In this document: one piece after another, positions 39,582 through 50,718 of the stretch
How the letters are laid out: each line of letters begins with the position of its first letter
Position numbering within the stretch: the stretch's first letter is position 1
Source: a virus
Direction: 5' to 3' (one strand)
IMG/VR virus record: IMGVR_UViG_3300034358_000044
Location: 32,001-96,000 of that record
DNA length: 64,000 bases
Made by a program: the position numbers and the translations under genes
The notes under the pieces: model-generated
Told to the model about the DNA's origin: nothing
What the model saw: the letters and a program-made list of their open reading frames with translations, nothing else
The model's database searches: none

Positions 39582-42500
39582 TGCTGGCCTTCATCAACGG
39601 GTCTACCGTCTTCGAGCGCAAGGTTCCCATCGCTGTTCCGATGGCCGACCCTGCATACGGAGTGATTGGCTCCGTCATTCGGCTGAATGGGCAGTCCAGT
39701 GTTGACCCTGAGCCGGTGGAGGGAAGAAGCGGGTCAGATGGAGTCACCACCGCCACTACCGGCAACACCATCAGTGCTCTCTCTGGGGCCTTCAGTGGGG
39801 TGGACTACGGTCGAATCATTCGCATCGATGGGGCAGACCGTGGTTCTTACCTCATCTCTGGAATCCTCTCTGACTCTGAAGTAGTTGTGACACGCCCGGA
39901 TGGTGGAGGAGTCAACCTAGGTAGCAGCTCCTCCTTGTCCTGGAGCATCGATGATTTCTTCACCTACTCGTGGCGTTTCATCTCCGTCCCCATTGGGTCG
40001 AGGGTCGTCATCGAGGGTTTCCGACCCCTGTACCCTGACCTCTCCTTGGTCTCTTTCTCTCCTGATGTCGTGGGGGAGTACGTTGTAGGGCTGACGGTTT
40101 CGAACGCAGTCCACAGCAGCGTCGAGGTTACGACGAGAGTCAGCATCAGGGCCATCTTGGTCCCTCATGGGCGAGGCCTCGTCCCGGATGGCAAGTTCAT
40201 CTGGAGCTACATTCGTGACGTCTGGCAGGAGGTGGCCAACAAGGAGGTCTTCGAGACATTCTGGTCCGCCCTCATCCAGATTTGTGGAGCCGAGCTCCTC
40301 AAGCTCTACCAGGCGGACTTCAACAAGAGCATCAGGGACATCCAGGAGCTCTACCAGCGTCGCTGGCTCTCGTACGAGCCCAAGCTGAACTTGGTGGAGG
40401 CGGACTGCACCTTCTACCTGGGGAACTCTGCTGCAGGCTCTGGAGGAACCTCCAAGCCCCTTGCCCTGAGTGGGCAGGCCGTTGTCGCCTCCAGTGGTGA
40501 GGTGATTGTCGTATCCGGCTCCGTGCTACCAGACGTCTACGGAGCCACTTTCCGCATCGTCATGGACGTGATGGCTCCTGGCAACGTAGGGTCTTACCCT
40601 CTTCAAGGGGCCAACCTTTCGAAGACGGGGTACCTTCTCGCGCTTGATCCTCCTTCAGTCCCAGGGCCAAACCCTCTCCCAGGTAAGGTAGTCAGCGGTC
40701 TTCAGTTCGTCTTCGATGCTCACTCCACATCGTGGACGATGGGTACTGAAGAGGCTGATGGGGGCAGCTACACCTTGGGAATTGTAGAAGGGACCACGCC
40801 TCTCGACTGGCTCACGGAGATCTACTCAGGTAGTGGGGGTGGGTCTGTCATTCCCGTCTATGTCGGGGACGTGATTTACTACCCATCTGGACTGAACGCC
40901 GGCTACTACCGCGTTGTCGAGAAGAGTGGATCCTACGTTGTTGTGGATCATGCCTCCACGGTAGCATCCGAAGTGGGTGTCATGGCGGACGTCTACCGCC
41001 CTGTGGAGTATGAGCTTCTTCCAGCGGAAGCCCTTCCAGAGACAGTCTCCAGCTTCGCCCTGCCATACGAGGGCAACGAGGTGGTGACGCCTCTGGCTTC
41101 TGGGAGAGTCATCACCGTGGGAGGGCGCGCCTACCCAGTCCTGCGCGTCTTCATGGATGAGACGCAGGGTGTCTCGATGGTAGTCGTGGTGACGGATGGT
41201 GGCGCCCTTCTGGTCGGCCAGGTAGGAATGCCGTGGAGGGTGGCCAACACGTTGGAGTCCTCCTCCCAGAACTTCGAAGAGCTCGGAGTCTCGCCAGGAG
41301 ATCGAATTGAGTTCGACGTCACCAACGACAACGCGAACCTCATCTCCAGTGTTCCTGGGCAGGTAGTAGGAGTCGTAGGGAAGAGACTCAGCTTCGTTCT
41401 GACGATAGCTCCACTCACAGATGGGGTTGTTCCTGCTATTCCCAAGGAGACCTACCAGAAGCTGGCCTCCGACTTCGTGGTATCGGGCGTCTCCGAGCTC
41501 CAGGATGGAACTCTCAAGTTCTCTGGGGCTGCAGCGGCAGTACTGGACACCATTGGCTCGGAGCTGTTTCACCGAAGCTACTGGAACACGCCTCTTACTT
41601 CTACGACCGACTTCAAGATCCTGAACGGGGTCTTCCACGTCCACCCGAAGTTCATCATCAGGAATTCAAGAGTCCCGGTCGATGACTCCTTGCGGTCCGT
41701 TCCGGTTCTCCAGGATTGGGTCGTTCAGCCAACTACTACAACCCGTGCTGGCAAGACGTACCAGTTGAAGAACGAGAAGGAGTACTTGCTGAGTACTCCT
41801 CCAGTCTCCCTCATCGAGAACTCTGACTTCCTCGTTGATGGAGAGCTCGCCTTCTCTGGGTCTATGACCTTCGACTCTGGGACCGATTTGATGTTGGTGG
41901 AGACGGGGCACTTCCTTAACCGTGGGGTCCAAGCTGGAGACACGGTCGAGATCGCAAGCCCTGCGTCTCTTGCCGGCTCCTACACCGTCCTGTCCGTTCT
42001 CTCGAACTTCCTGCTCAAGTTGAATAGGCCAATCCCGAAGTATGTGATCAGCACCCAGGTGACCGCTCGCCTTGTGATTCGACGGCGTACAGGCGGTAGG
42101 TATATCCGCTTCATTCCAGGGGAGTTCACTGCGGCAGCACCTGCCCCCAACCGACTCTGGGCCGAGGTGAGCCTCTTCGACAACAGGCCCTCCATCGAGG
42201 ACAACTTCGGAATCCTGGTAGGGTTGACGCAGTCTGACCTCGAAGCAGTCTCGACGAACATCAACTACCGACAAGCCGTGGCCGGGCTGATGTTCGCCTA
42301 CACCCGTGGGTCTGCCATCAGCAAGATTCGCCTGGGAGCTCAGATTCTCCTGGGGCTCCCCTTCGCTGAACACCGTGGCATCATCAGGTCCATCGAGGGG
42401 GACTACCGACTGGACGATGAAGGAACTCCAACGCTGGGCCGTCTCCTCATTGAGGATACCGACCAAGCGGGCAAGGCTCTGGGAACCATGAGGGTCTACA

Positions 42501-44089
42501 CCTTCCCGGTGGACCCCATCTCGGACCTGGCCGGTCTCGAAGTCAACCCGGCAACGGGGAAGTTCTATGCCGTTGGGGACTCGGTCGAGGCCTTCGCCGC
42601 TCTCTGCAAGGGCGTGGAGGTGACCGACTACCTCACCAGGACTGAGAGCAACCTGAGTGGGCCAGCCATTCTTCGGCAGTTCCACACGGCCAGGCTTCGT
42701 GCGAACGACAGCATCTTCGACATCAACGAGCTCAGTCTTCTCTCGGCATTCCTGAAGCGCATCACTCCGTCGTATGTCTCGCTGGTGATTACGACGGCCT
42801 CTGAGTTCAGGGACGCAGTCTCGATCACCGACGCTACCTACAGGAGGCTGGCCTCTGGTAGCTCCAGTTCGTCCTTCATCGTGGACCAGGTGGCAATGAA
42901 GGTGCCCATCGTCCCCAAGTTCGACTTGGTGGACTTCTCCGGGAACTACGTCAGCTTCTTCGATGCAGGTATGGCGTGGATGCGCTTCAGCCGGTCTTCT
43001 TCGCTTACGACGTCAGGGGATGTTGCCTCCTACGCGCCTGGCGGCTTCCTTACCTCCACGTCGAATGATGGTCCCGTAGTGAGAGTCGGGGACACCCTCC
43101 TCATCTACTCCGGCCTCAATCAGGGAACCTACTCCATTACGGCGGTCACCGACTCTTCAGTCACGGTCTCAGGTCTTCCTTCGGCTGGTTTCGAGATTGC
43201 TACGCAGGGCTTTGCCATTCTCAGGTACCCCACTGGGGAAGTTCGTAGAGGCACCTGCATCTCTGATGGCGCTGGGACGGTGACAGCCGAAGCTGGACTG
43301 CACGCGGACGGAGTAGCTCCAGGGGATACCTTCATCACGCAGGACGGCTTCCGTGCAGTAGTCCTGGATGTTGGACCGCATGCAGATGCCTATGACGGAG
43401 TGGGTGGGCTGACCTCTGCCCTCGGGAATGGAATGATGAGGGTCTCTCCTGCAATCCCGGCTGGTACAGGGAAGAGCTACCGCATCTACCGAGAAAGCTT
43501 CCTGCAGGCCCCATACCCCGACGACTCAGGAGTCCTTCACAGTACTGGCTCTGGGTATACCTCTCTCAACAACGTGTTCTTGAAGGCCCTGCTGAACGTG
43601 GGTGATGAGCTGCAGGTTCAAGGACCCTCCCTCCAGAGAGTGACTGTTCTCGATCCGGTCAACCTCGTCATCATTCCTGTTCTCTCTGCTGGAGACTACA
43701 CGGTCTTGCTCTGCAGGAAGAATGGAATGGGTGGTCCCATTTCGTGGGACCACGTCGCCAAGTTCGCGCCTCAGGACTCAGCAGATATTGCTCTCTTCGA
43801 ACCTCAGAGCATTGCTTCCTGCACGGGAGGATCTGCTGTTGTGAATCTCGTTCAAGAGAGAACAACGTCTTCTGCTCTTGGAACTACGAGCCCTCCTGCA
43901 TCAGTAGACACGAGCCTGGCCAAGCCAGGAGATTTCGTCATTCTACTTTCTGGTGCCAACTCGACAGTGGATGTAGGGTATGGCCTTGGGGTGTACCCAG
44001 TGAAAGAAGTCACCCCCACCAACGTGAAGGTCACCACCATGATGGCGAACTCTGGAACGTCGTCGTGGAAGCTTCTGAGGCGGAGATGA
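39578..44089 (+). CDS. large baseplate/tail-fibre attachment protein with PKD/Ig-like domain
   Basis: LNGQSSVDP, YSWRF, F.PDVVGEYVVGLTVSN (PKD-like); GLMFAY..G..I..IRLG (gp7/gpI-like). Confidence 0.65.
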   Translation: MMLAFINGSTVFERKVPIAVPMADPAYGVIGSVIRLNGQSSVDPEPVEGRSGSDGVTTATTGNTISALSGAFSGVDYGRIIRIDGADRGSYLISGILSDSEVVVTRPDGGGVNLGSSSSLSWSIDDFFTYSWRFISVPIGSRVVIEGFRPLYPDLSLVSFSPDVVGEYVVGLTVSNAVHSSVEVTTRVSIRAILVPHGRGLVPDGKFIWSYIRDVWQEVANKEVFETFWSALIQICGAELLKLYQADFNKSIRDIQELYQRRWLSYEPKLNLVEADCTFYLGNSAAGSGGTSKPLALSGQAVVASSGEVIVVSGSVLPDVYGATFRIVMDVMAPGNVGSYPLQGANLSKTGYLLALDPPSVPGPNPLPGKVVSGLQFVFDAHSTSWTMGTEEADGGSYTLGIVEGTTPLDWLTEIYSGSGGGSVIPVYVGDVIYYPSGLNAGYYRVVEKSGSYVVVDHASTVASEVGVMADVYRPVEYELLPAEALPETVSSFALPYEGNEVVTPLASGRVITVGGRAYPVLRVFMDETQGVSMVVVVTDGGALLVGQVGMPWRVANTLESSSQNFEELGVSPGDRIEFDVTNDNANLISSVPGQVVGVVGKRLSFVLTIAPLTDGVVPAIPKETYQKLASDFVVSGVSELQDGTLKFSGAAAAVLDTIGSELFHRSYWNTPLTSTTDFKILNGVFHVHPKFIIRNSRVPVDDSLRSVPVLQDWVVQPTTTTRAGKTYQLKNEKEYLLSTPPVSLIENSDFLVDGELAFSGSMTFDSGTDLMLVETGHFLNRGVQAGDTVEIASPASLAGSYTVLSVLSNFLLKLNRPIPKYVISTQVTARLVIRRRTGGRYIRFIPGEFTAAAPAPNRLWAEVSLFDNRPSIEDNFGILVGLTQSDLEAVSTNINYRQAVAGLMFAYTRGSAISKIRLGAQILLGLPFAEHRGIIRSIEGDYRLDDEGTPTLGRLLIEDTDQAGKALGTMRVYTFPVDPISDLAGLEVNPATGKFYAVGDSVEAFAALCKGVEVTDYLTRTESNLSGPAILRQFHTARLRANDSIFDINELSLLSAFLKRITPSYVSLVITTASEFRDAVSITDATYRRLASGSSSSSFIVDQVAMKVPIVPKFDLVDFSGNYVSFFDAGMAWMRFSRSSSLTTSGDVASYAPGGFLTSTSNDGPVVRVGDTLLIYSGLNQGTYSITAVTDSSVTVSGLPSAGFEIATQGFAILRYPTGEVRRGTCISDGAGTVTAEAGLHADGVAPGDTFITQDGFRAVVLDVGPHADAYDGVGGLTSALGNGMMRVSPAIPAGTGKSYRIYRESFLQAPYPDDSGVLHSTGSGYTSLNNVFLKALLNVGDELQVQGPSLQRVTVLDPVNLVIIPVLSAGDYTVLLCRKNGMGGPISWDHVAKFAPQDSADIALFEPQSIASCTGGSAVVNLVQERTTSSALGTTSPPASVDTSLAKPGDFVILLSGANSTVDVGYGLGVYPVKEVTPTNVKVTTMMANSGTSSWKLLRRR

Positions 44090-44745
44090 GCATGTTCAAG
44101 GACTTCGTCCAAGTTGCAGACAGGGGCTTCGCTCGTCTTCGTACCAGGGCTGGTGAACTCATCGCTGGGAGGGAGTTCGAGGAGAAGACCGTTGTTGAGG
44201 TGAAGGGGTGGGTCACTCTCTGTCTCAGGGAGCGCGGCAAGGTGGTGCCAGGAAGTCATCGCTCGGCCCACAACATCTGGACCAACACCGGGCGAGAGTA
44301 CCTGGCACTGGCCATGGCCCTCGCTGACGCCGACAACGCTTTCCGAAAGGATGCGGTCGCCTACATCGGTGTGGGCACTGGGGCAGCACTGGAGGACGTC
44401 AACGTTCTCAACCTGGTCAACCCCGTCGCCTACGCCCCCTCCCTCTTCCTCGCCGCTCTCGACATCCCGCCGACCTTCCCGCTGACCCCCACCCGCACGA
44501 CCGTCCGCTTCAAGAAGACCTTCGCGGAGGATGAGATCACTCTCTCATCCGGGACGGTCCTCGTCAGTGAGATGGGGCTCTTCACCAACGGATCACCCAT
44601 CGCTGTTCCAGCCTACGCATTCGGGACTCGGGATGTGACGTTCGCCAACCGAATGAGTCAGGCCCCAGTAGCCTACAAGGCTTTCGAGCCCGTTCCGAAG
44701 ACCAACGCCCTGCAGCTCGAAATGTCTTGGGAAATCCGTCTGTAA
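44086..44745 (+). CDS. putative tail-collar / fibre-junction protein
   Basis: HNIWTNTGREYLA, YIGVGTG, V.EMGLF motifs. Confidence 0.6.
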   Translation: MSMFKDFVQVADRGFARLRTRAGELIAGREFEEKTVVEVKGWVTLCLRERGKVVPGSHRSAHNIWTNTGREYLALAMALADADNAFRKDAVAYIGVGTGAALEDVNVLNLVNPVAYAPSLFLAALDIPPTFPLTPTRTTVRFKKTFAEDEITLSSGTVLVSEMGLFTNGSPIAVPAYAFGTRDVTFANRMSQAPVAYKAFEPVPKTNALQLEMSWEIRL

Positions 44746-44758
44746 AAGAGGCCAGCAC

Positions 44759-47700
44759 ATGATGGACTACTTCAGGAGACCTGCTCTTGCAGGCAACACC
44801 CTCACTCGTACCAACCGCGCCATCATTCGCGGCAACGTACGAAGGGCAGATGCTGACGGTCTCAGCACCGTTCCCTACTTCCCTGGTGCCACCGCCGGGA
44901 AGACCATCATTGTGTCGGTGGATGGTGGACCTCCGACCACTGTCACCCTCTCTGACATCAATGCCGCCGGGAGCAGCCTTGTCTCCGCGTTGATGGACCT
45001 GACTGCCGCTCTACCTGGTGCTGAGTCGTTCGATTCAGATGGGTCCATCTCCATTCGATCGAAGTCGGCTGCATGGGGAGCCGCCATCGAGGTGGTGGGA
45101 GGAACGGCTGCCACTGCCCTTGGGTTCGACGTTGTCCTGGAGACGATTCGTTCGACGCTGGGAGACTTCCCCAGCTCTCCAGAAGGGCGCGTCGGGAACC
45201 CCTTCGGCACCGCCTTCCTGACCAAGGGAGAGGGCTTCAGTGCAGAGTCCGTCAACCGGGGCCTGGCTCGGGTCGCTGCCAACACGGACGTTCTTCATGC
45301 GGACCTTCAGCGGGAGGACATCGTCATCAGGAAGGTGGACTGCTCAGTTCTGTCCGTCTCTGAGTTGGTAGTTGAGCCCACCACGAGGGTCTTCACTGGG
45401 CTAGGAGTGCTTTCTGGAGCCTCCACCAAGGAAGAACTCTCGAAGTACTTCTTCTTGGTGGATCCAGTCACCCACCTACCGCCGGCAAGCCGAGTGACGG
45501 GTCTGCGCACCGTCGCGAATGGCAACGTTCTTGGGGTGTCAGTCAGCAAGGTCTCGGCCCCCATTTCCTCCATCGCCAGTGGGAGGGTGTTGCAGTGCCC
45601 TGGAGCACAGTTCGTCTCTGGTGGAGGCGTCGTCCCTGGAGACTTCGTACTCATCACTGGAGCTACGAACACCGTTCCCTGGAACAACAACGGTCTCCGC
45701 TGGGTGGTAGAAGAAGTCACAGACGATGCCGTCTCCGTCAGACCGATGTCGAGCTCAGAGCTCTCCCTGGTTGGAACGACGGTGACTGAAGAGCACCCCA
45801 TCCTAGAGCTCAACGGTTCGGGAACCGGGTTCGGTACAGTCGGAGTCCGCTCCGGCTCGTTCGTAAGTGGGGTCCATGTCATGGTGGATCCTCCTCTTCC
45901 TGAGGGGGCTACCTACGACCTCTACGTCGCAGTCCCAAGCAGTGTTCACTCCAGAAAGAAGTTCGAGTCTCAGGCTGGGGCAATCGCCAATGCGTACTTC
46001 GCGTCTGACCATCGACCAGTACCCAACGGTATCCTCTCTGCGCCCAGTGCAACGTTCTCCAGCTCCTCGCTTTCCCTCACAGAGGGGTACGCTCGCTTCT
46101 CTGGACGAGTCGTCCGTATTCAGCCTCGTACTTTTGTAGGAGGAGAGTTCGACTCTGCCGGTCCTGGGCTCGTCGATCCGCTCTACGGGGCCATCAACTT
46201 CATCTACTGGGATGAGAACGCCAATGAGGTGAGGACGACGAGGAACCCCATTGGGGTCTTCAACTCAGATCCATCCCAGGCCCCTGGGAACGCCTTCACT
46301 GGAACCAGGACGTCTCAGCATCTTCTCTACACCGTCTGCAAGAGTGGGAGTGTACTCACCAAGTACGCCCCTGCCCCTCGGGTATTGGAGCATGAGTCTG
46401 GTTCTGTGACCGTGGGAATCGGCGGGCAGTTCCGGTTGCTGGAAGACGCCATCACCTACCTTGGCACTGTGAGCGACGCCAACGGGCGTCGGTCTGACGC
46501 CCTCTCCCAGTTCGAGATAGTCCTGCTCAGTGACGTACAGTTCGTCCTGCAGCTCCCGGACATCAACTTCTCCGTGAAGATTCGTGGAGCTCGACCTGGG
46601 ACTCGCATCGTCTCCAACGCGGGGCAGGACAACCTACCCTACTTGAGTATCGGCTCCGACAACGTACCGGTGACGGTCGTCTTCGAGGACCTGGAGTGGT
46701 TCAACGAGACGGTTGCCGGGACCCTGACATCGACTCTCATCAAGGCTGGGACCGGCTCGACCGTCATCTTGAGTCGGGTCACGAGTTCTGGACCTGCCGG
46801 TGCCTTCATCGAGTCGAAGGGTCTGGGGCTTTCCGTACACGACTGCTCCTTCCGCGACCTTCGGTACACCTTCCTCAAGAGCTCTGAAAGGAATCTCCGG
46901 GTCGACATCACCAACTCCAAGTTCCGCCGCAGCGCCAACATGTGGACGGACCCGGAGCCCTTCCCCTCCATGTTCTATACCGTGGATGGAGAGGTCTTCG
47001 CATGCCACTCTCTCGTTGTCCGAGGCTGTGACTTCTACAACCTCACCTCGGAACAGGCCTACGATACAGAGCCTGTCGTCGGCCGTTTCGGTTGCGGACT
47101 GGTCCTCTTCGATGGGTGCTCGTTCACCTCCGATGACACCAATCCGATCTCTCAGAACTCGTGCCTCTTCAAGCACACCACGGATGCGATCAGTTCGAAC
47201 AGTGCCGCGTCCTTCATCGTCTCCAACTGCCACTCACCAGCTCCCACCAGAGTTTTCATCGACTCTGATGCGCGTGAGGGGTGCCTCATCGAGAACTCGT
47301 ACATCGAAGTCGAGCCGTACAGCACCGTTCCAGGTCTTCGAGCTCCAGTCATTCGTGGTTGCCACATCCAAGGTAAGGGGGATGGCAATGGGACCTACGG
47401 GACGCTCGTCGAGGTTCTGAAGGAGTTCAGCGGGAACAAGGTCACTGGGTGGAGCTCTGTAGGAGTCTCCAACTCGAAGAACGTTCTCGGTCCTTGTTCG
47501 ATTTCTGACAACGACATCGCGACGGTCTACGAGGTCGCCATTCAGGCTGCGACCTACAACTCCTCTCCCGTACTCATCGAGCGCAATCAGGTCTCTCTGG
47601 CGAGTAACAATTCGACCGCCATCAAGGCGTTCGACGGTCCTACGCTCCTCACCCATGGGACGATCAACGACAACATCATTCTCCTCGACAACGCCTCGGC

Positions 47701-50035
47701 CGTTGCCGGTATGGTGGGAATCGACCTCTGGGGTAGCCCGACGGTAGCCAGTAACCAGATTCGATTCCTCCTTCTGAACGTATCGTCTCAATCTGACGGC
47801 CACACTGGCATCAAGCTTCGAGATGGAGGTGCGGCCTCCTGCCCAAGACTCATCGGCAACTCCATTCACTTCGACATGGGAAACAGCGTCGCAGTGTCTA
47901 TCGAAGGTGGAGCGAACTGCCACCTCCTGGGGAACTTCATCGAGGCCAAGCAGATGGCCCTCAAGTTCGACACCCCCACCAAGTCCTTCAACAGAGTGGT
48001 TGAGGGAAACACCATTCGATCCTCTGATACAGCCGTAGAGTGGCTGGCGGCATCGAGGTTCTCCAGCAATAACGTTCATGGTGGGGTGACTTCGGCCTAT
48101 CAACTTGCGGACGTTGTCAGCCAGAACTACTTCGACGGCTCTACCGCCATCGGCGGGGCAAGCCCTTGTGAGATTTCTGGCAACTCCTTCCGAGACCAGT
48201 TGATTGTTGATGGAAGCGTAGTGTCCTTCTTGGACAACTACTGTGTTGGGATGTCCTACATCACGTTTGTTGATACAGGCCTTCAGCGATCCTGTGTCTC
48301 AAAGAACACTTTTCTGGGGGGAGCGCTGATCTCGTCTTCAGGTGCGGCCCTGGTTGACGGGAACAGCTTCGTTGGGACCGGGTACTCCATCAACGCCTCT
48401 CGTGCGGACGTTTGCAGAAACTCTTTCCGGTCAGATACCTCTGGGTATGTAGCCACGATCGGTTCGTCGACCAACAGTACTCTCTTCACCGACAACTACG
48501 TCGAGTACCCCGTCACATTCAACAGCTCGGCCTACCTCGCTATCGAGAGGAACTTCTTCTGCCGTGGAATTACTGTGGCGGCGGTCGACGTCTTCAACCA
48601 CAACTACTTCAGGGGCGATGCTTCCGCGCTCAGCAACACCCTCACGATTACCGGAAGAAACGCCAACGGGGTTGCTACGTCTCCGGCTGTTGGAAACGTC
48701 ATCAACGACGTTGCCCCAGGAAGCACCTTCTCGAATCTCTTGATCAGTGGGATGCGTTTCATTTGCACCAGCACGACCGCTGTCGTCTTCAGCGGGTGCC
48801 ACATCTCCAACTCGTTCATCAGTGCGATCAAGGCCACCTTCACCTACTGCTACGGGGCCTCTACCACTTTCGCAATCGCAGTGGCTCCGGCAGGACTTCT
48901 CACCATCACGGAGAGCACTCTCTCATCCTGTTTCTTCTCGAACGCTACCGCAACTACGGTAAACGCCCAGAACACGGTCTTGTCGGCTTGTACGAGTAGT
49001 GGTGGTCTGTTGATTACGGGACCGTCCGCTCTCCTCACCATCACCGGGTGTGTCATCGGTGGGGCTCTGTTTGTAACCGGACAGAGTGGTCGTTTGGACC
49101 TGGACTCGACTCGTGTCGGTGGAAACCTCAACGCCTCCGCCCACCTGAACCTCAAGGTCACAGGATGCACGGTGTATGGGTCTACCTCCCTGACGGCTGC
49201 GAACCTGAGCATCTACTCATCTGAGCTCGAAGGGGCTTCTCAAATAGCTCTCGCAGCTTCCACTCTTGTTCTTGAAGGAGTGGAGACCCCTGGCTACTTC
49301 CTCATCTCTGAGTACGCCGCCAGTAGCCTTCGGAACATCGCCATCCGTGGGTGCAAGTGCCATGGCATCGCCATCGCATCACCTGTCAACTACCCCAACG
49401 TCTCGATCTCCAACAACACCATTCTCGTTGACTCGACGGACTCCTTCATCATCTCCGGTATCGACGTTCGGAGGGGGACTGTAAATGACGACGCCGTTGC
49501 GGGTCCGACTGCTGGAACTCAGTACGGATGGTTCATCACCGGCAACCGGATAACGGTCTTCTCGGGGTACAACTCTGCGCTGGTTGGTGGAGTGACCCAC
49601 TGCATTCACTTCGCCACTACGGCGGCCTCTGAGTTCTTCTACAACGTCACCATCTCGAACAACCTTTTCTTCCTGTTCGCTGCTGGTCCGTTCACTGGAA
49701 TCGTGGCCCCCACTCGCAGCATTGGAGTCATCTTCGTCGATCAGCACCACAACTCCTCCCTTCAAGACATCAGCATCGTGGGAAACAAGATTCTCAAGCC
49801 TGCGGACCATTTGAGTTTTGGAGCCCCAGCAGTCGCTGTCGATTCGTACTACTTCAAGACTGTCACAGGTGCCGCCGTAGGTACGATAATGCGCCACTTC
49901 ATCAGTGGAAATGATATGCACATTCACGGTTCCTCCGGCTGGGCACTGGGTGGGAGTCCAAGTAACTTTGGAAGAACTGGCGAAACCTGGGTTAGCGCCG
50001 CTACAATTTCCTTCGCCATCAACGACGAAAATTAG
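44759..50035 (+). CDS. tail fibre/tailspike with parallel beta-helix (pectin-lyase-like) repeats
   Basis: VTVGIGGQF.L.DAI start of beta-helix; many I.GN/I.NN/I.GC repeats; 1758 aa. Confidence 0.8.
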   Translation: MMDYFRRPALAGNTLTRTNRAIIRGNVRRADADGLSTVPYFPGATAGKTIIVSVDGGPPTTVTLSDINAAGSSLVSALMDLTAALPGAESFDSDGSISIRSKSAAWGAAIEVVGGTAATALGFDVVLETIRSTLGDFPSSPEGRVGNPFGTAFLTKGEGFSAESVNRGLARVAANTDVLHADLQREDIVIRKVDCSVLSVSELVVEPTTRVFTGLGVLSGASTKEELSKYFFLVDPVTHLPPASRVTGLRTVANGNVLGVSVSKVSAPISSIASGRVLQCPGAQFVSGGGVVPGDFVLITGATNTVPWNNNGLRWVVEEVTDDAVSVRPMSSSELSLVGTTVTEEHPILELNGSGTGFGTVGVRSGSFVSGVHVMVDPPLPEGATYDLYVAVPSSVHSRKKFESQAGAIANAYFASDHRPVPNGILSAPSATFSSSSLSLTEGYARFSGRVVRIQPRTFVGGEFDSAGPGLVDPLYGAINFIYWDENANEVRTTRNPIGVFNSDPSQAPGNAFTGTRTSQHLLYTVCKSGSVLTKYAPAPRVLEHESGSVTVGIGGQFRLLEDAITYLGTVSDANGRRSDALSQFEIVLLSDVQFVLQLPDINFSVKIRGARPGTRIVSNAGQDNLPYLSIGSDNVPVTVVFEDLEWFNETVAGTLTSTLIKAGTGSTVILSRVTSSGPAGAFIESKGLGLSVHDCSFRDLRYTFLKSSERNLRVDITNSKFRRSANMWTDPEPFPSMFYTVDGEVFACHSLVVRGCDFYNLTSEQAYDTEPVVGRFGCGLVLFDGCSFTSDDTNPISQNSCLFKHTTDAISSNSAASFIVSNCHSPAPTRVFIDSDAREGCLIENSYIEVEPYSTVPGLRAPVIRGCHIQGKGDGNGTYGTLVEVLKEFSGNKVTGWSSVGVSNSKNVLGPCSISDNDIATVYEVAIQAATYNSSPVLIERNQVSLASNNSTAIKAFDGPTLLTHGTINDNIILLDNASAVAGMVGIDLWGSPTVASNQIRFLLLNVSSQSDGHTGIKLRDGGAASCPRLIGNSIHFDMGNSVAVSIEGGANCHLLGNFIEAKQMALKFDTPTKSFNRVVEGNTIRSSDTAVEWLAASRFSSNNVHGGVTSAYQLADVVSQNYFDGSTAIGGASPCEISGNSFRDQLIVDGSVVSFLDNYCVGMSYITFVDTGLQRSCVSKNTFLGGALISSSGAALVDGNSFVGTGYSINASRADVCRNSFRSDTSGYVATIGSSTNSTLFTDNYVEYPVTFNSSAYLAIERNFFCRGITVAAVDVFNHNYFRGDASALSNTLTITGRNANGVATSPAVGNVINDVAPGSTFSNLLISGMRFICTSTTAVVFSGCHISNSFISAIKATFTYCYGASTTFAIAVAPAGLLTITESTLSSCFFSNATATTVNAQNTVLSACTSSGGLLITGPSALLTITGCVIGGALFVTGQSGRLDLDSTRVGGNLNASAHLNLKVTGCTVYGSTSLTAANLSIYSSELEGASQIALAASTLVLEGVETPGYFLISEYAASSLRNIAIRGCKCHGIAIASPVNYPNVSISNNTILVDSTDSFIISGIDVRRGTVNDDAVAGPTAGTQYGWFITGNRITVFSGYNSALVGGVTHCIHFATTAASEFFYNVTISNNLFFLFAAGPFTGIVAPTRSIGVIFVDQHHNSSLQDISIVGNKILKPADHLSFGAPAVAVDSYYFKTVTGAAVGTIMRHFISGNDMHIHGSSGWALGGSPSNFGRTGETWVSAATISFAINDEN

Positions 50036-50043
50036 GAGGCACC

Positions 50044-50718
50044 ATGAGGTCGGTTCTACTCGCTGCAGTTCTTTGCTTCTCGGCCACTGCACTCGCTCAA
50101 GACGCAGGGGTGGCCGACTCTGGCATCTTCGACGCTGGGGTCTTCGACGCAGGAGCTCCTGCAGTTGCAGTAGTTCCTACCGACCCCACCATGACGACCT
50201 CCATCGGCGATGCCGGTGTAGAGGTGGTGGTGACGGTGCCGGCTACTACGACGCCCATCACCATCATGCTGCCGGACGGCGGCGTGGTGAGCAGCGACAA
50301 CATCCCAGGGATGAACGTCGCCTTCAAGAATATCTACCAGGGAGTGAAGACGGGCAACTGGTGGCTCGTCCTCGCCGCCATCGTGGTCCTCATCGTGGGC
50401 CTCTTCCGTATGTACGGAAAGAAGCTGCACGAGTGGATCCCCGACAAGAGCTTTGCGGACAAGCCCCTCTGGTTCGTCTTCGAGACCAAGCCTGGGGCGT
50501 GGATCCTCAACTGGGTCACCGCCATCGCGGTCGTGGTGGGCACTGCCATGGCCTCTGGAGCGCCAGTCGACTTCAACCTCTGGAAGACAGTCGTGGTGGT
50601 CTCCACCACTGGTACTGCCCTCTTCCAGCTCGTGGATGACATCGTGCAGTGGGTCCAGACCAAGAAGGCTCCTCCGGTGGATCCTGCAGCTCCAGTCCCA
50701 ACGACCCCGGTGAAGTGA
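50044..50718 (+). CDS. membrane protein with signal peptide and DAG repeats (holin-like?)
   Basis: signal peptide ..ATALA-Q; DAGVADSGIFDAGVFDAG; 2-3 TM helices. Confidence 0.65.
   Translation: MRSVLLAAVLCFSATALAQDAGVADSGIFDAGVFDAGAPAVAVVPTDPTMTTSIGDAGVEVVVTVPATTTPITIMLPDGGVVSSDNIPGMNVAFKNIYQGVKTGNWWLVLAAIVVLIVGLFRMYGKKLHEWIPDKSFADKPLWFVFETKPGAWILNWVTAIAVVVGTAMASGAPVDFNLWKTVVVVSTTGTALFQLVDDIVQWVQTKKAPPVDPAAPVPTTPVK

Noticed and set aside
44759-50035. Diversity-generating retroelement acting on the tail fibre
   Set aside because: No reverse transcriptase or TR/VR repeat pair seen in the window.
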